A stretch of 64,000 nt of DNA from Balanoglossus misakiensis (taxonomy: Eukaryota > Animalia > Hemichordata), in the NCBI GenBank assembly GCA_040954595.2, contig CM082588.2:12289398-12353397 (forward strand). Direction: 5' to 3'. The position numbers and the translations under genes are program-made. The first letter of the stretch is position 1. Each line of letters begins with the position of its first letter. This document shows positions 12,093 through 23,409 of this stretch, one piece after another. The notes beneath the pieces are model-generated. The model saw nothing but the letters and a program-made list of their open reading frames with translations. It searched no databases and was not told where the DNA came from.

Positions 12093-15000
12093 CTGTGTAC
12101 TCAAAGGCCGAAATGTTCAGTCCTTACCCTTCAAAGCTGAGTGATGCTGTGAGGATATCTGCTAAAGAAAGGTATTTTCCTGGTGACAAAACATCCAAAC
12201 AAAAGTTTTAGTTGTATGCAAAAGGACAGAACATAACATCTTTCATTTTTTTGCACATTCTATGTAATCAGGCAATATGTGTTTACTGTATCAAATATTC
12301 TCATTCGACATTGTCTAGCATTCTAATATGTTACCACAGATCTGTATGTGTGAAGACTTTTCATGATATGTCCAATGTTTTTCTTCATTCTGGCAAGAGG
12401 TAAAGGTTATTGTCGTAATCAAAGCCTCATAATGTCACTGAGTGTGTACATGTACTATTGTACCACTTTTTTCTTTTATTTTCCCTGCAGACTTCAGGAT
12501 TCTGTTGACTTGAGACAAATAAGTTGTGGATTAGGTAAATATTTATCATATGATAACAAACCATTTTTGTCCTTGCTGTTGAAAATGGAGGGATAAATGG
12601 CTTGTTTCTCATGGAAAAATGATAATATGTGACTTCTATATTTGATGTTGTTAATTTAGAAGATTTCCCTTCTGTACTGCTTAGGGACAGAGTTGATATG
12701 ACAGGACGTGTTTTTTTTTCCTTTTAAAAGAGTTGAATAGAGAATTGGTCAGAAGACGAGTTGGGAGAAGACTAAAATCTGTTGTTGGGATGGAGGATAT
12801 TAAGAAGAAAGTAGAAAAGCTTGCCATCTGCGCAATAAACAACAAAGCCCGGAGTACAATTAAGAAACAAGAAGAGGAGCCCCTAAATTTATTATTTTAT
12901 GGGCCACCAGGCACAGGCAAAACTATGTTTGCTAGGTTGCTGGCAGGTATGTTTCTTTTTGTGTCCATTCAATCTGTTACAATGTATAGAACTCATTAAA
13001 CTTTAAAGCTGTAAATTTGTTTTCAATATTAAAGCTTCAGTATTTCTCGTTTTCGCATAAATTTTGTTTGAAACGGCATCTTCAATTTCTAAAAGTACAT
13101 GATAATTGATTCTGAATCTAACAGTTATCATGCCCAGCTCTGTTCATAAACACATACAATTTACAATATAACGAGTGAAGAATGACTTTCTGTCCGGACA
13201 GAAAGTCAGGCTCTGTGGACACACGTGACTACTGCGCATGCGCACTCAAATGTGAATCTATGCGGAAGAGGTTTGGTCGCCCCAAATCTAGCGCCTCAGC
13301 GAAGAAATGCGCACTAATTCGGCGAAATTCTGGGAAGATAACTATATGGGAGAAATCAGTCGATGGAACCAGATCAAATCTGAAAATGGTCTGACATCAA
13401 ATATCAAAGTGGCACGTTTGCTGATCGAGATGTACAACATTTCCGTTGTAAACAAACCCGCGCATCATTTCAAGTGTTACGGGCAATATTTACAGCTTGC
13501 ATATAGCTACAGTTGCCCAAACCTTTCTTATATCTTCATTATGTAGTATTCCATGATGAATGTACAGGAAAAACGGGCATTTTTCGATGATGAAAAATGG
13601 ATACACACGAGAAATACTGGGGCTTTAACCTATAATTCTCAAATGTTTCAAAAAACACAATGCAAAAGTCAACACCCTTCGTAATTTAATGGTACAGTTT
13701 TCATTTCACAGAGTACCACTTTCACAGAACTGTGAGAAAATTAGTTTTACCTTCATTTTTATTACTTAATATTTTGTTCCAGGTGCAATATAAAGGATGA
13801 TACCATAATAGGAAATCAAGTTTTATTCAATGTATAAATAGAGAGTTTAGGGAGTATTCCTAGTTTCTTTCCACTTTGCATAGGCTGTACATGGTTATCT
13901 TATACCATAGGATTGTGTGTAAAAATGCAAGAAACCACCGATAAAATATTGTCATTTTCTTGAAATTGTCAGAAATAATTCAGAATGAGAATCAAAATCA
14001 ATATCTGCAAAAATAAAATTTATGTCAGACCAGCTTGAGTCTTGGAGTCAGCTCATCTAAAAACTCCTACCATGAAGATCTAAAGTGGGGAGAAGGGATG
14101 ACTCAGCAATTTCCTTTTTTTGGGGGGTCATAAAATTGTCGCTAAAATTACCATTGCTTCTCCAATAATTTCCATGTTTGTCTTTGAATCCACACGCACA
14201 ATTGTCATATAACTAGATGAAATGTACACAGTGAAGTGGTGAGGGGGGGGGGGGGTATTTCCATATCATGTAAGTCAAAACCTAGTCTGGTAATTTCTAT
14301 ATTCTAGATACAGCAATCGGTGCAGTAAATTCAAAAGCATTTTTAGTCATGGTTCTACTTTGTGCTTTGCCATTTCAGGATGCTTATATGATGTTGGTAT
14401 ATTAAAGGAAGAGAAAGTTGTTGAAGTACAGAGAGATAATGTTGTTGCTCAGTATCTGGGAGAATCAGAGAAGAAAATGAAGAAAAAGATCGAAGAGGCA
14501 GCTGGTGGATTGCTGTTTATTGATGAGGCATACTCACTATATAAAGGCAAATCTACGAAGGACTTTGGAGTTGACATAATAAACACCCTTATGCACTATC
14601 TCACTGGTGACTGTATGAGAGATACCCCAGTATTTGTTCTTGCAGGATATAAGATGGAAATGGAGAAGTTGCTGTCAGCTAATGAGGGTCTCTTAAGAAG
14701 GTTCAGGGAACCATGGATCTTCCAGCCATACACATCTGAAGATCTGAAACAAATAGTGTGCAACAAGTTGCTAATGCAGGGGTTCCAGTTTGAAAGTGGT
14801 ACTGATGGTGAGATCCTGGCCCTGATAGAGGCTGTACCGCCTGGATTGCGTGTGAAGTTAAATGCAGGACTTTGTGGTCGCATTATCGACTACATGAAGG
14901 ATAGCATCGATGATCGGGTTTGTAATCCATCCAACACGACAGAACTGTTACTTGTAAAGCTAGAAGACATACACAGTGTCAAAGAACAGCTGAGTGGGCA

Positions 15001-15241
15001 GTGGGTTGATGATCCCAAAACACACACAACCATTGGGATACAGACTGATCATGTGGAACTGACAGATAGTACTACAGAGATGATATCTATGAAATGCGTG
15101 AATGTCAATACACAGACAACTGGCCATGTGGAAACTGCACATACACATGCACAGACTGTGATGTTGGGTTCTCTGAACAAAGAGACGCAGACTGACCGAC
15201 TGGCGAAACTGATGATCAAGGGACACAGACATATCATGTAA
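12093..15241 (+). CDS. Spliced CbbX/CfxQ/SpoVK-family AAA+ ATPase (start uncertain; in-frame ATG at ~12113)
   Basis: Exons 12093-12171, 12491-12534, 12731-12946, 14379-15241 join in frame: VVGMEDIKKKV, Walker A FYGPPGTGKT, VEVQRDNVVAQYLGES, Walker B GGLLFIDEAYSL, LAGY, Arg finger NEGLLRRF. Confidence 0.88.
13029..13628 (+). mobile_element. 600-bp Kolobok-type element (possible KolobokP solo terminal repeat) in the ATPase intron
   Basis: ttaa-agcttcagtatttctcgt ... acgagaaatactggggct-ttaa; frameshifted ORF remnant RPKSS...RRNSGKITI/GEISRWNQIKSENGLTSNIKVARLLIE. Confidence 0.7.
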
Positions 15242-15317
15242 AACTGAGGTCAACAATGGGACAGAGACTAGTTTGACTTTCTATTATGTCTCACCAGACA
15301 GGTACAATTATCAAGAG

Positions 15318-16188
15318 CAATCTGATTAAAATTAGATGTAGTGTTGGGCGCCATATTTACTTTTGCTGATTCTTGGCTGTTCTGTTAAAAAGAGACGCCC
15401 ACACTACATCTAAACCTATGCCATAGAAGATCTCAATCAGAGCGGTAGTCTCGGTTACCCAGACGCCTTTGCTCTTCCGATGCTCTCCAGAAAAGGGTCT
15501 GGGGAAATACTATTGAAAGCTTTGTAAAACAAAATGGCCGATGTCAGGATTTTGATCATCGCCTGCTTGGCTGAGCTGTCAGTATGACCTTGGTCACTGA
15601 TTCTCGACAATGTGTGATTATTTGTCATATCTTCATATCAAGAGACCGGTACTTGTTGGTTGATGCGAAAGGCAAAAGGCGTCCTCTGTTAGCATTGTTG
15701 GAGAAATTATACGAAATATCTTTAGTAGACGATTGTCGAAACTATTGCAGTGACCCGGGTCATACTGACAGCTCAGCCAATCAGGCGATGATCAAAATCC
15801 TGACATCGGCCATTTTGTTTTACAAAGCTTTCAATAGTATTTCCCCAGACCCTTTTCTGGAGAGCATCGGAAGAGCAAAGGCGTCTGGGTAACCGAGACT
15901 ATCAGAGCGGTTGTTTAGAAAACTGGAGGTGTGGAAAAACAAACAAACTTGAACAATAGAAGTTAGTTTCCAGCGCGTGGCCAGTTCCGAAGTGTTAGGA
16001 AAGCCGCTCTGTGATTGGTCGAATGGATCCATTTGCCAAAACTAGATGTTCTATGGCATAGGTTCAGAATGATGTAGTGTGGCACGTACACCAAGAACAG
16101 CCACGGCAGAGAACAGAACAGCCAAGTCAAAGACAGAGAACAGAACAGCCAAAGACAATGCCAAACTTATCTGATTTTAACCAGATTG
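15318..16188. mobile_element. Non-autonomous TIR element with ~9-bp TSD, hosting a nested MITE
   Basis: caatctgattaaaatt ... attttaaccagattg termini; flanks tatcaagag / catcaagag; inner IR aacctatgccatagaa / ttctatggcataggtt. Confidence 0.6.
15446..15901. mobile_element. Palindromic MITE with TAG...CTA ends and perfect 9-bp TSD (AcademH-like)
   Basis: tcagagcgg|tagtctcggttacccagacgcc ... ggcgtctgggtaaccgagacta|tcagagcgg; ~150-bp near-perfect arms. Confidence 0.8.
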
Positions 16189-16215
16189 CATCAAGAGCAG
16201 AGAGGTGGTGAACAA

Positions 16216-16306
16216 TTATCCCTTTCACCTCTCTGGTGCCGTCCAAATCCATTGTTCTCTATGGTAAGGTTGGACCTCTAGAGGGAACTGGGGGTGAAAG
16301 GGTTAA
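16216..16306. mobile_element. ~90-bp piggyBac-like miniature element
   Basis: ttat-ccctttcacc ... ggtgaaaggg-ttaa (CCC...GGG ends, TTAA-like target). Confidence 0.5.
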
Positions 16307-17302
16307 GGTCATATTGTAATTCACTTACAAGCATTTAAATATTCTTATATGAAAATGAGTATTATTCTTATATGCAAAAATAGCTCTATACTATTATAGC
16401 TCCTATCACAGCCGTTTTAGTGATCTTTTTCACTCGTTTTTTTGTTTCAAAGCTGTTTTATTATTCCTTAAATCATGCTAGAAATAGGTGATCATTTTAA
16501 TGTGGATGTAATTTTGTTGATTAAAGCACCACATGGTTCTGACTCAGAAAAAGGTTTTTCTTTGGTTACTTGAATAGCTGTAACTTTTGACGTTTTTTTT
16601 TAAATTATTTAGCTTACCAATGCAACATTGACGTGTATACAGAAGCATTATTATTATAAATTGCATTCAACTTGGGACACAAAAGCATTTATCAAAAATA
16701 ACATCGGTCATTACACATGCACTGGCTATGTTGACAACCAGAACACGGCCATATGTAGTAGAACAAGAATCTGGTAATACACAGAAGCAGAATACGGATA
16801 AAACAGTAAAATGTTACTACTAATGTTGCTTTAAAATGGCATAAAGTACTGACCTGTGGTAGGGGAAAAAATTGGCATTTTCTGAAACCTTGGTGTAAAT
16901 GGATTGATAAAGGCACTACTTGTACACACCAGTGGACTTTAGTATTTCCATTTATTGACAAAAATCTTCAAACCAGGTCAAAATGTAGGTGTCAATCTAA
17001 ACACTGTCCCTGTTATTTTTTTATGTACAAGAAAACAAAGTAACTGCTACCTATATGATTTTGTGGAATACCAAGTCTGACATCAATAAATGTTTACAAG
17101 TTTTTTCTATGGTGTATTGAGCCATTAATAAAGTGTGTTTTTTTTTTTTGCAATGATGTCTTGTTGCTGTAATCAGAGCACATTCTTCAGTTCAGCATTG
17201 CCAGTTAAAAAGATACATTAAAATGTCAATGAATAATAACAATGTCGCAAACATTTTCATTTCTTCTTATCTCTTTGATAAATGGCCAAAGTACATTACA
17301 TG

Positions 17303-17649
17303 TTAAAGCCTCTGGAGCTGCCACTTTTGCATTATTTTCATGAATTAATTTAAATTGGTCCATCAAAATAAGCTTGCTGTTAGGTATAAACAAACATCTT
17401 ATCCATGCCTGATCATGGCTGTATATAGCGATCTGAAAACGCCATGTATGAAAACGGTGCCGCACCGATTTAATCAGCTTCCATACAAACAGTACGAGGC
17501 TATATTTGTATATGTCGCCAAGAGATGACAAACTGATGCAAATGCAAGTAATATGGCTTAATGGTGAGGATTTTAGAGGATAGGGAATATATTTGAAGTA
17601 TTTTACTGTGGAAAAAATATGCAAAATTTGGCAGCTATAGGGGCTTTAA
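17303..17649. mobile_element. Kolobok-type non-autonomous element, sibling of 1063-1375
   Basis: ttaa-agcctctggagctgcca ... tggcagctataggggct-ttaa. Confidence 0.7.
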
Positions 17650-17860
17650 AGGTATACAGTCTCCGATGCAAATTAAGCCACATGTACCAGCATGGAAAGT
17701 GGAAATTTAGCCACTAATATCTCTTGTTTTCAGTAGGTAGCCATGTGAAAAGAAGTGTGCCACTTCATCATGGTTATCAAAAGATTTATACACACCCTTG
17801 TAACCATACATGGGTAACCGGTATGTGTAAATTGGAGGTGATTGTATTTCTTTATGGATA

Positions 17861-20636
17861 TTAAAATGACATTTGTCTGATTAAGGAACATGCTCTAGTG
17901 TAAATATCAATACCCTTTTCATCACTTGCTGCTAATGGATCTATCCTTTCCTGTAGAGTCTGAAAACATTGCTCATAATTTGACAATTCAAATGTTGGTG
18001 ATAGCATTTCATTATTTGATTCTTCATCACTGTTGACAGTGATGTATTCTTCATCACTGTTGACAGTGATGTCAGTTTCCACTCCATAAGTGGCATAATC
18101 TATGTTCTCTGGATCTAACAGTTCTCTGATAGCAGTTTTATCAGAATTTTTGAATGCAGTAACACTTTGCAGCCACAGCTGATTCGGACTCAAATTGTGT
18201 TCTGTTTGCAATCTATGTTCATTCCAGCCTTTCCTAAAAACTGTCAGTGAATAATTTATACGAGGAAGAAAAACAAAATGAAGACACAGTATCTCTATAG
18301 GATTATCAGGATTTAAAAGACCCTGGCATTCCATCTGTAGAAAAACATCACGATAGTATTCCAAACAACATTTAAATGTATCTTGATGTAATCGTTCAAT
18401 TCTTTGATTATAAATTGATGATCCAACAATGTGTGAACCTCTGTTGTCTCCACGGTGTGCCAGCATGAAAGCTGCAACCGTTGTATTTTCCATCCCATAA
18501 TCAGATCTGACACGGGACGGAATGCCATATTCTTGCACTGCACCAAGGAAACCATCTAAAACAGTTGATGCCATCTTGTTGTTGGCAGCAATGAGGTAGA
18601 CAACTACTCTAGAATACCCATCTATTCCACCATGAACATATAGTCCCCATCTTTGTAATTTTTCCAGGCCATCTGCAAAAAATGAAATATGTATTAAGCC
18701 TTATGAAACTCTTGATAAATGTACACGTAGATCAATTCTATTGGCAAGGAGGACTATACATCACACACTTATTAATTAAGTTCAATATTCAGAAAAGCAG
18801 CAATCCACATACATAATTATGGTAAATGTTTCACTAAGAAATAAAATCAACATGGAAAAACAGCATCATGGCAATGATGCTTAAGCTAGCTTCAGATTTA
18901 GTTTGGCATTCAGTTTTGGTTTCGTGGGATGCAGGCCCACTTCATAAAACTGCATTTCCAGCTTCCTCACCCAAATTAGTCTTAAGTATAAAAAGAATAT
19001 GCTGAAAGACGAGTACACATGATCAATTGCTCAATGTATGACATGTACAACATTTTAGCACTTTAAAGTTATATTTAGATGTGGAAAATTATTTTTTTTA
19101 TCACATCAAATATGTACCTCAGAAGTGCATAATTGATTGGAATGTAAATTAAATATGAACACGGCCAAATGTGATCAAAATATTTTTCATTCTAAATAGG
19201 GTTTCCTAAACTACAACTATACAAATCAGCTCTTGATGCACAATTACTCTCCGTTACTCGAAACCGAAGATGTATCTGTATCAGACTGAGTCTAACTTAA
19301 GCATCTTTATGACAACTGTTCAATATTGAGTATTATATTATACCAGTATATTGATGGTGTAAATCACGCTATTTGATTGGTCGAGACACGACACGTGACC
19401 ATGGTATATTAGCCATATACCACAGTCATATATCTTAGTCAAAGAAAATGCCTTTTTAAAATGTTTTATGCAAAGTTTCAATATACTGGCATAATATAAT
19501 AGCAATAAAACACCCCCAGCCATGGTATACCACGAGATTTTGACCAGTTCGTGCGTATATGTCGTGAACTGGTCAAAATCTCGTGGTATACCATGGCTGG
19601 GGGTGTTTTATTGCTTAAATACAATAGTTCCATTTGAAAACATGCAGTGGTTTTAAGATTTCACTGACACGCATACACCTACATAGATAGATAAATACAT
19701 AAATAGATACATGATACATACATATTTACATGCATGCATGCATGCATGCATGCATACATACATACATACATACATACATACATACATACATACATACATT
19801 ACATGCATGTACGTACATACTATCTATCATAATAACTTTGTGTAATGTAAACTCTTACCAATATGCCATAAACTTTGTGCTGCCGCCACATTGTACACAC
19901 CATGCCTTTTACTTTTCATTCTCAAGAGTGGCCAACGCAGGGCTCGTTCAAAAGGTTCAATCCTCTGGAGACTTTCTCTTATTCGCTGTCTTTGAACGGA
20001 AACTTTCATAGATCTCAGAATACCTTCCACGATTCTTTCTCCGCAATGCTTAAAAGTCGATTCCTTGATTCTGCGTATGTGCATGTCAAGATCTGCATCA
20101 CTAATGGGATTGTACTTATCTGTGAAATCATACCCTAATGATTTCAATCTTCTCCATAATGTTTGACGAGATATTTGGAGCATTTCTGAGATATCTTTCA
20201 TTTTGAACCCGTATTCGATAAATAATTGTACCTTGTCATCAATATCATATGGTGGACGTCCAGGTTCACCAGTTCGAATAGTTTCAGTCTCAGATAGTCC
20301 ACAGTTCACATCACGAGACGTATTAACATTCCCAATCGTAACTCAAGAGCGAGGACTGTTTCCAGAGTTAGAGCTCCATATTTCCAAAACAGATTGCAAC
20401 GCAATATGTACAGAGTTCAAGCAATCCAGTAACAAATGAATGTCCTGCACAGAAACGGCCATTACATGGTGCTGCACCGCTTCTCTTATGTTCAGTGTGT
20501 AACGTATCATAGAGACAGTTCTCTCGACCATGTTACACACCACTCGCCGGTCATTTAGACCAGACGGTAACCTGTTTCTGTGGTCTGGAACAAGTATCTT
20601 CACTTCCTTCACGAAGGAATCCCATAACGGCGCCAT
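17861..20636 (-). CDS. IS3EU-type DDE transposase (HTH + integrase core), two exons, one in-frame premature TGA at 20343-20345
   Basis: Exon1 20636-19859 (GRPPYDI...ISEMLQISRQTLWRRL HTH, GERIVEGILRSMKVSVQRQRIRESLQRIEP), phase-1 intron, exon2 18672-17861; joined WHIDGLEKLQRWGLYVHGGIDGYSR, PSRVRSDYGMEN, NQRIERL, WNEHRL. Confidence 0.9.
19326..19618 (-). mobile_element. Double-inverted-repeat non-autonomous element (Crypton-like candidate) in the transposase intron
   Basis: Long palindrome agcaataaaacacccccagccatggtatacc...ggtataccatggctgggggtgttttattgct plus a second IR pair; other copies at 50498-51125 and 53079-53399. Confidence 0.6.
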
Positions 20637-20661
20637 GTTTGCTTCTCTTCGACCCTTATCG

Positions 20662-22098
20662 GTTTGTGTGTTTCCCCTTTCTTTTCTCAACTTATTTTCA
20701 GACTCCGTTTTTTTTTTCAAATATTACCCAGACTCCTCTACCGAAATCTCTCACTTTTTTTTTTCAGCCAGGATTGTTCACTTTTTTTTTTGCGCATGCG
20801 CATTTATTCCCCAGGATTTCTCACTCAATTTTTTTTTCGGCGCATGCGCATACGCTATTCTTTCAAATGCGTCCGGGGTTTTTTCAAGTTGTTAAAGACT
20901 ATTATTTATTTTTACAACTGAATGTTCGTTTTTTTAAACACGCTTGTTTTATTTTTTGGATGACAAATATACCATTTTTTACAACTTGGATCTGATGGAA
21001 TATTTTGGGTGACAAATGTGCCTATATAATTTTTCTTTTTCAAATTTTATATCGTGTTTTTTTTTCAAATTGCCCGTTTTTTGGGGGTGACAAGTGTTCC
21101 TATGTTTTTTTTTTTTTCAAATTGCCTGTTTTTTTTGGGGTGACAAATGTTCCTATATTTTTTTTTTTTGCAAATTGCTCTGCGTTTTTTTTTTAATTGC
21201 CTGGTTCTATTTTTTTTTTTTTGCAAATTGCTCTGCGTTTTTTTTTTTAAATTGCCTGTTTTTTTGGGTGACAAATGTTCCTATTATTTTTTTTTTGCAA
21301 ATTGCTCTGCGTTTTTTTTTTAAATTGCCTGGTTCTATTTTTTTTTTTTTTTTTTTTGCAAATTGCTCTGCGTTTTTTTTTTTAAATTGCCTGTTTTTTT
21401 GGGTGACAAATGTTCCTATTATTTTTTTTTGCAAATTGCTCTGCGTTTTTTTTTTTTTAAATTGCCTGTTTTTTTGGGTGACAAATGTTCCTATTATTTT
21501 TTTTTGCAAATTGCTCTGCGTTTTTTTTTTAAATTGCCTGGTTCTATTTTTTTTTTTTTTTTGCAAATTGCTCTGCGTTTTTTTTTAATTGCCTGTTTTT
21601 TTGGGTGACAAATGTTCCTATTATTTTTTTTTGCAAATGCTGTGCGTTTTTTTTTTCAAATTGCCTGTGTTTTTTTTTCGGTGGATTAAAATGTGATTAT
21701 TTTTGCAACCTCAGTGCATCTGCGTTTTTTTTTAAGTGGCCCGTTAGTTTTGGGGTGACATGAGTGCGGGTTTTTTCGGTGACAAATATCTCCGTTTTTT
21801 ATGGCTAACATGTTCGTGTTTTTTCTACGTTTGCCTGTGTTGTTTGTTCTGGGGGTGTGCATTTTTTTCAAGTTGTAGTCTCTCTCTCTCTCTTTTTTTT
21901 TTACAAAGAGTTTTCTTTTTAATACTTTGTGTGTATTTTTTGTGGGGGTGAAGTGTGCGTTTTTCGTGAAAAATGTGCGCGTGTTTTTTTTGTGACAAAT
22001 AAGTGATTTTTTTTGCAACTGCCTTGTGGACGTTTTTTTTTTGGTAAGCTTGGTGGGTTTTTTTTTTGACAACAGGTGAGATTTTCTTCTGTGTGTGT

Positions 22099-22132
<34 letters not shown>

Positions 22133-22274
22133 CCACGATGGATTACTTTTTACCCTCGTTATTTTTTAAACCACCAATCAGTTTTTTGTATTTTTTTACG
22201 TATTTTTTTTGTTAAAAGACATCAATTTTCTATAAAATAATGATAAATAATTTTGAAACACTTGGCGCGCCGTA
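20662..22274 (-). repeat. Right terminal inverted repeat (~1.61 kb) with internal T-rich tandem array
   Basis: Reverse complement of 1612-3089; NRF1-type motifs at 20791-20802 and 20839-20850. Confidence 0.93.
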
Positions 22275-23409
22275 GCCACCCACTGAAAATCCGTGATTGG
22301 CTAGATCTCAAGTTAACGTGGTAACTGTAGCTAAATTTCCATAGGTGACCGTATACCTTCTCTACACGTACTGTTGACTGACACACACAATCCCCTAACT
22401 CTCAACACATACATACAAAGACCCAACCCACTCCACGTGTAGTCTCCATGGCCATGCCACCTAGCCCGCAGGCTACCACATCCAAAAGCATACACACACA
22501 CAATACATGTCAATTTTACATGAGGAGCGGCTCATGTTCTTTATTCTAAACTTGAATGATATATAAACTGAAAATTTACCCCGCACCAAAACCCAGAGAT
22601 AAAACCCTTTTTTCAGGATAAGGGGAAAAAACTCTGGGAAAGCGTAGGTAATTCACCAACTTTACAAAAAATTCTATTTCTAAATTCATGCCTCTTTCTG
22701 CCTCACAGAAAGAAAATGTTGGAAGTTTTACAATACCAAGCAAAATTTGGTATTGTAGGTCTAAACTAAAACTGACAAAAATTAATATTTCATCTCTGAA
22801 TGAATAAAGTGTTCTCAATAAATCATAATAGGTTTGGTGTTACACTGTTCTAAATGTAGCATTTACAATTAAAGGGCAACTACCTGTAATTTTTGGTACA
22901 GAATTGTTAATATTGACAAATGCATTCAATTGACTTGAATACAATTGTTAACAATAACAATGCTGATTATGCATACCAGAAATCGTGGTGCATACATAGA
23001 CCAAAATTACGTACTGAAAAATTTATCAAATGTAACACATAGTGGACCTTAATGTCTATAAGAATGAATCTCAAACAATGTCACGTGAACGTAAAATATT
23101 AAATTTCATATTAAAATACAAAAAGAATAAAGTCATACTATTGAACACTGCACACAGCAGTTGAGTCTAAAGTGACTAATGTACTGGGGGCGATCCCAAA
23201 CAGAAACGGGTCATATAGTCATAAATATCCCCCACCCTTATAAAGACCCCTTTCTCCTTGGGATGGCTCCTGTGATAAAATGAAACTGTGCTAGACTTGA
23301 AGAGATATACGCAGGAAACCTCATCAGTTACAGCCACTGCGAAGACTTCATTGATGATCCCCCCAAATTGGGGGGGGGGGGGGGGGGGGGAATGTAGATG
23401 AATGTTGAA

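Larger units (their letters stand above)
1612..22274 (-). mobile_element. Giant (20.66 kb) IS3EU-like DDE DNA transposon with long TIRs, carrying USP deubiquitinase and CbbX-like AAA+ ATPase genes
   Basis: Left end tacggcgcgccaagtgtttcaaaattattt is the exact reverse complement of right end aaataattttgaaacacttggcgcgccgta; flanks gccgccc (1605-1611) and gccaccc (22275-22281); internal integrase-like transposase. Confidence 0.9.

Noticed and set aside
11634-12171. USP-ATPase fusion into one protein
   Set aside because: The only nearby donor (11761) is phase 0 and the 12093 acceptor needs phase 1; no bridging exon found. Unresolved without RNA data.
12731-15241. Bacterial contamination as source of the CbbX-like gene
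   Set aside because: It has GT-AG introns, one containing a eukaryotic transposon.
1063-17649. Inverted pair 1063-1375 / 17303-17649 as TIRs of another large element
   Set aside because: Each copy has its own termini and TTAA-type flanks, so they are independent insertions.
20343-20345. Selenocysteine or programmed readthrough in the transposase
   Set aside because: Lies in a non-conserved linker, no supporting signal seen; a point mutation is simpler.
1612-22274. Polinton/Maverick or endogenous virus interpretation (size, long TIRs, integrase, ATPase, protease)
   Set aside because: No protein-primed polymerase or capsid; the ATPase is AAA+ rather than a packaging ATPase; the protease is USP rather than adenain; ends are TAC/GTA, not AG/CT; genes are intron-rich.
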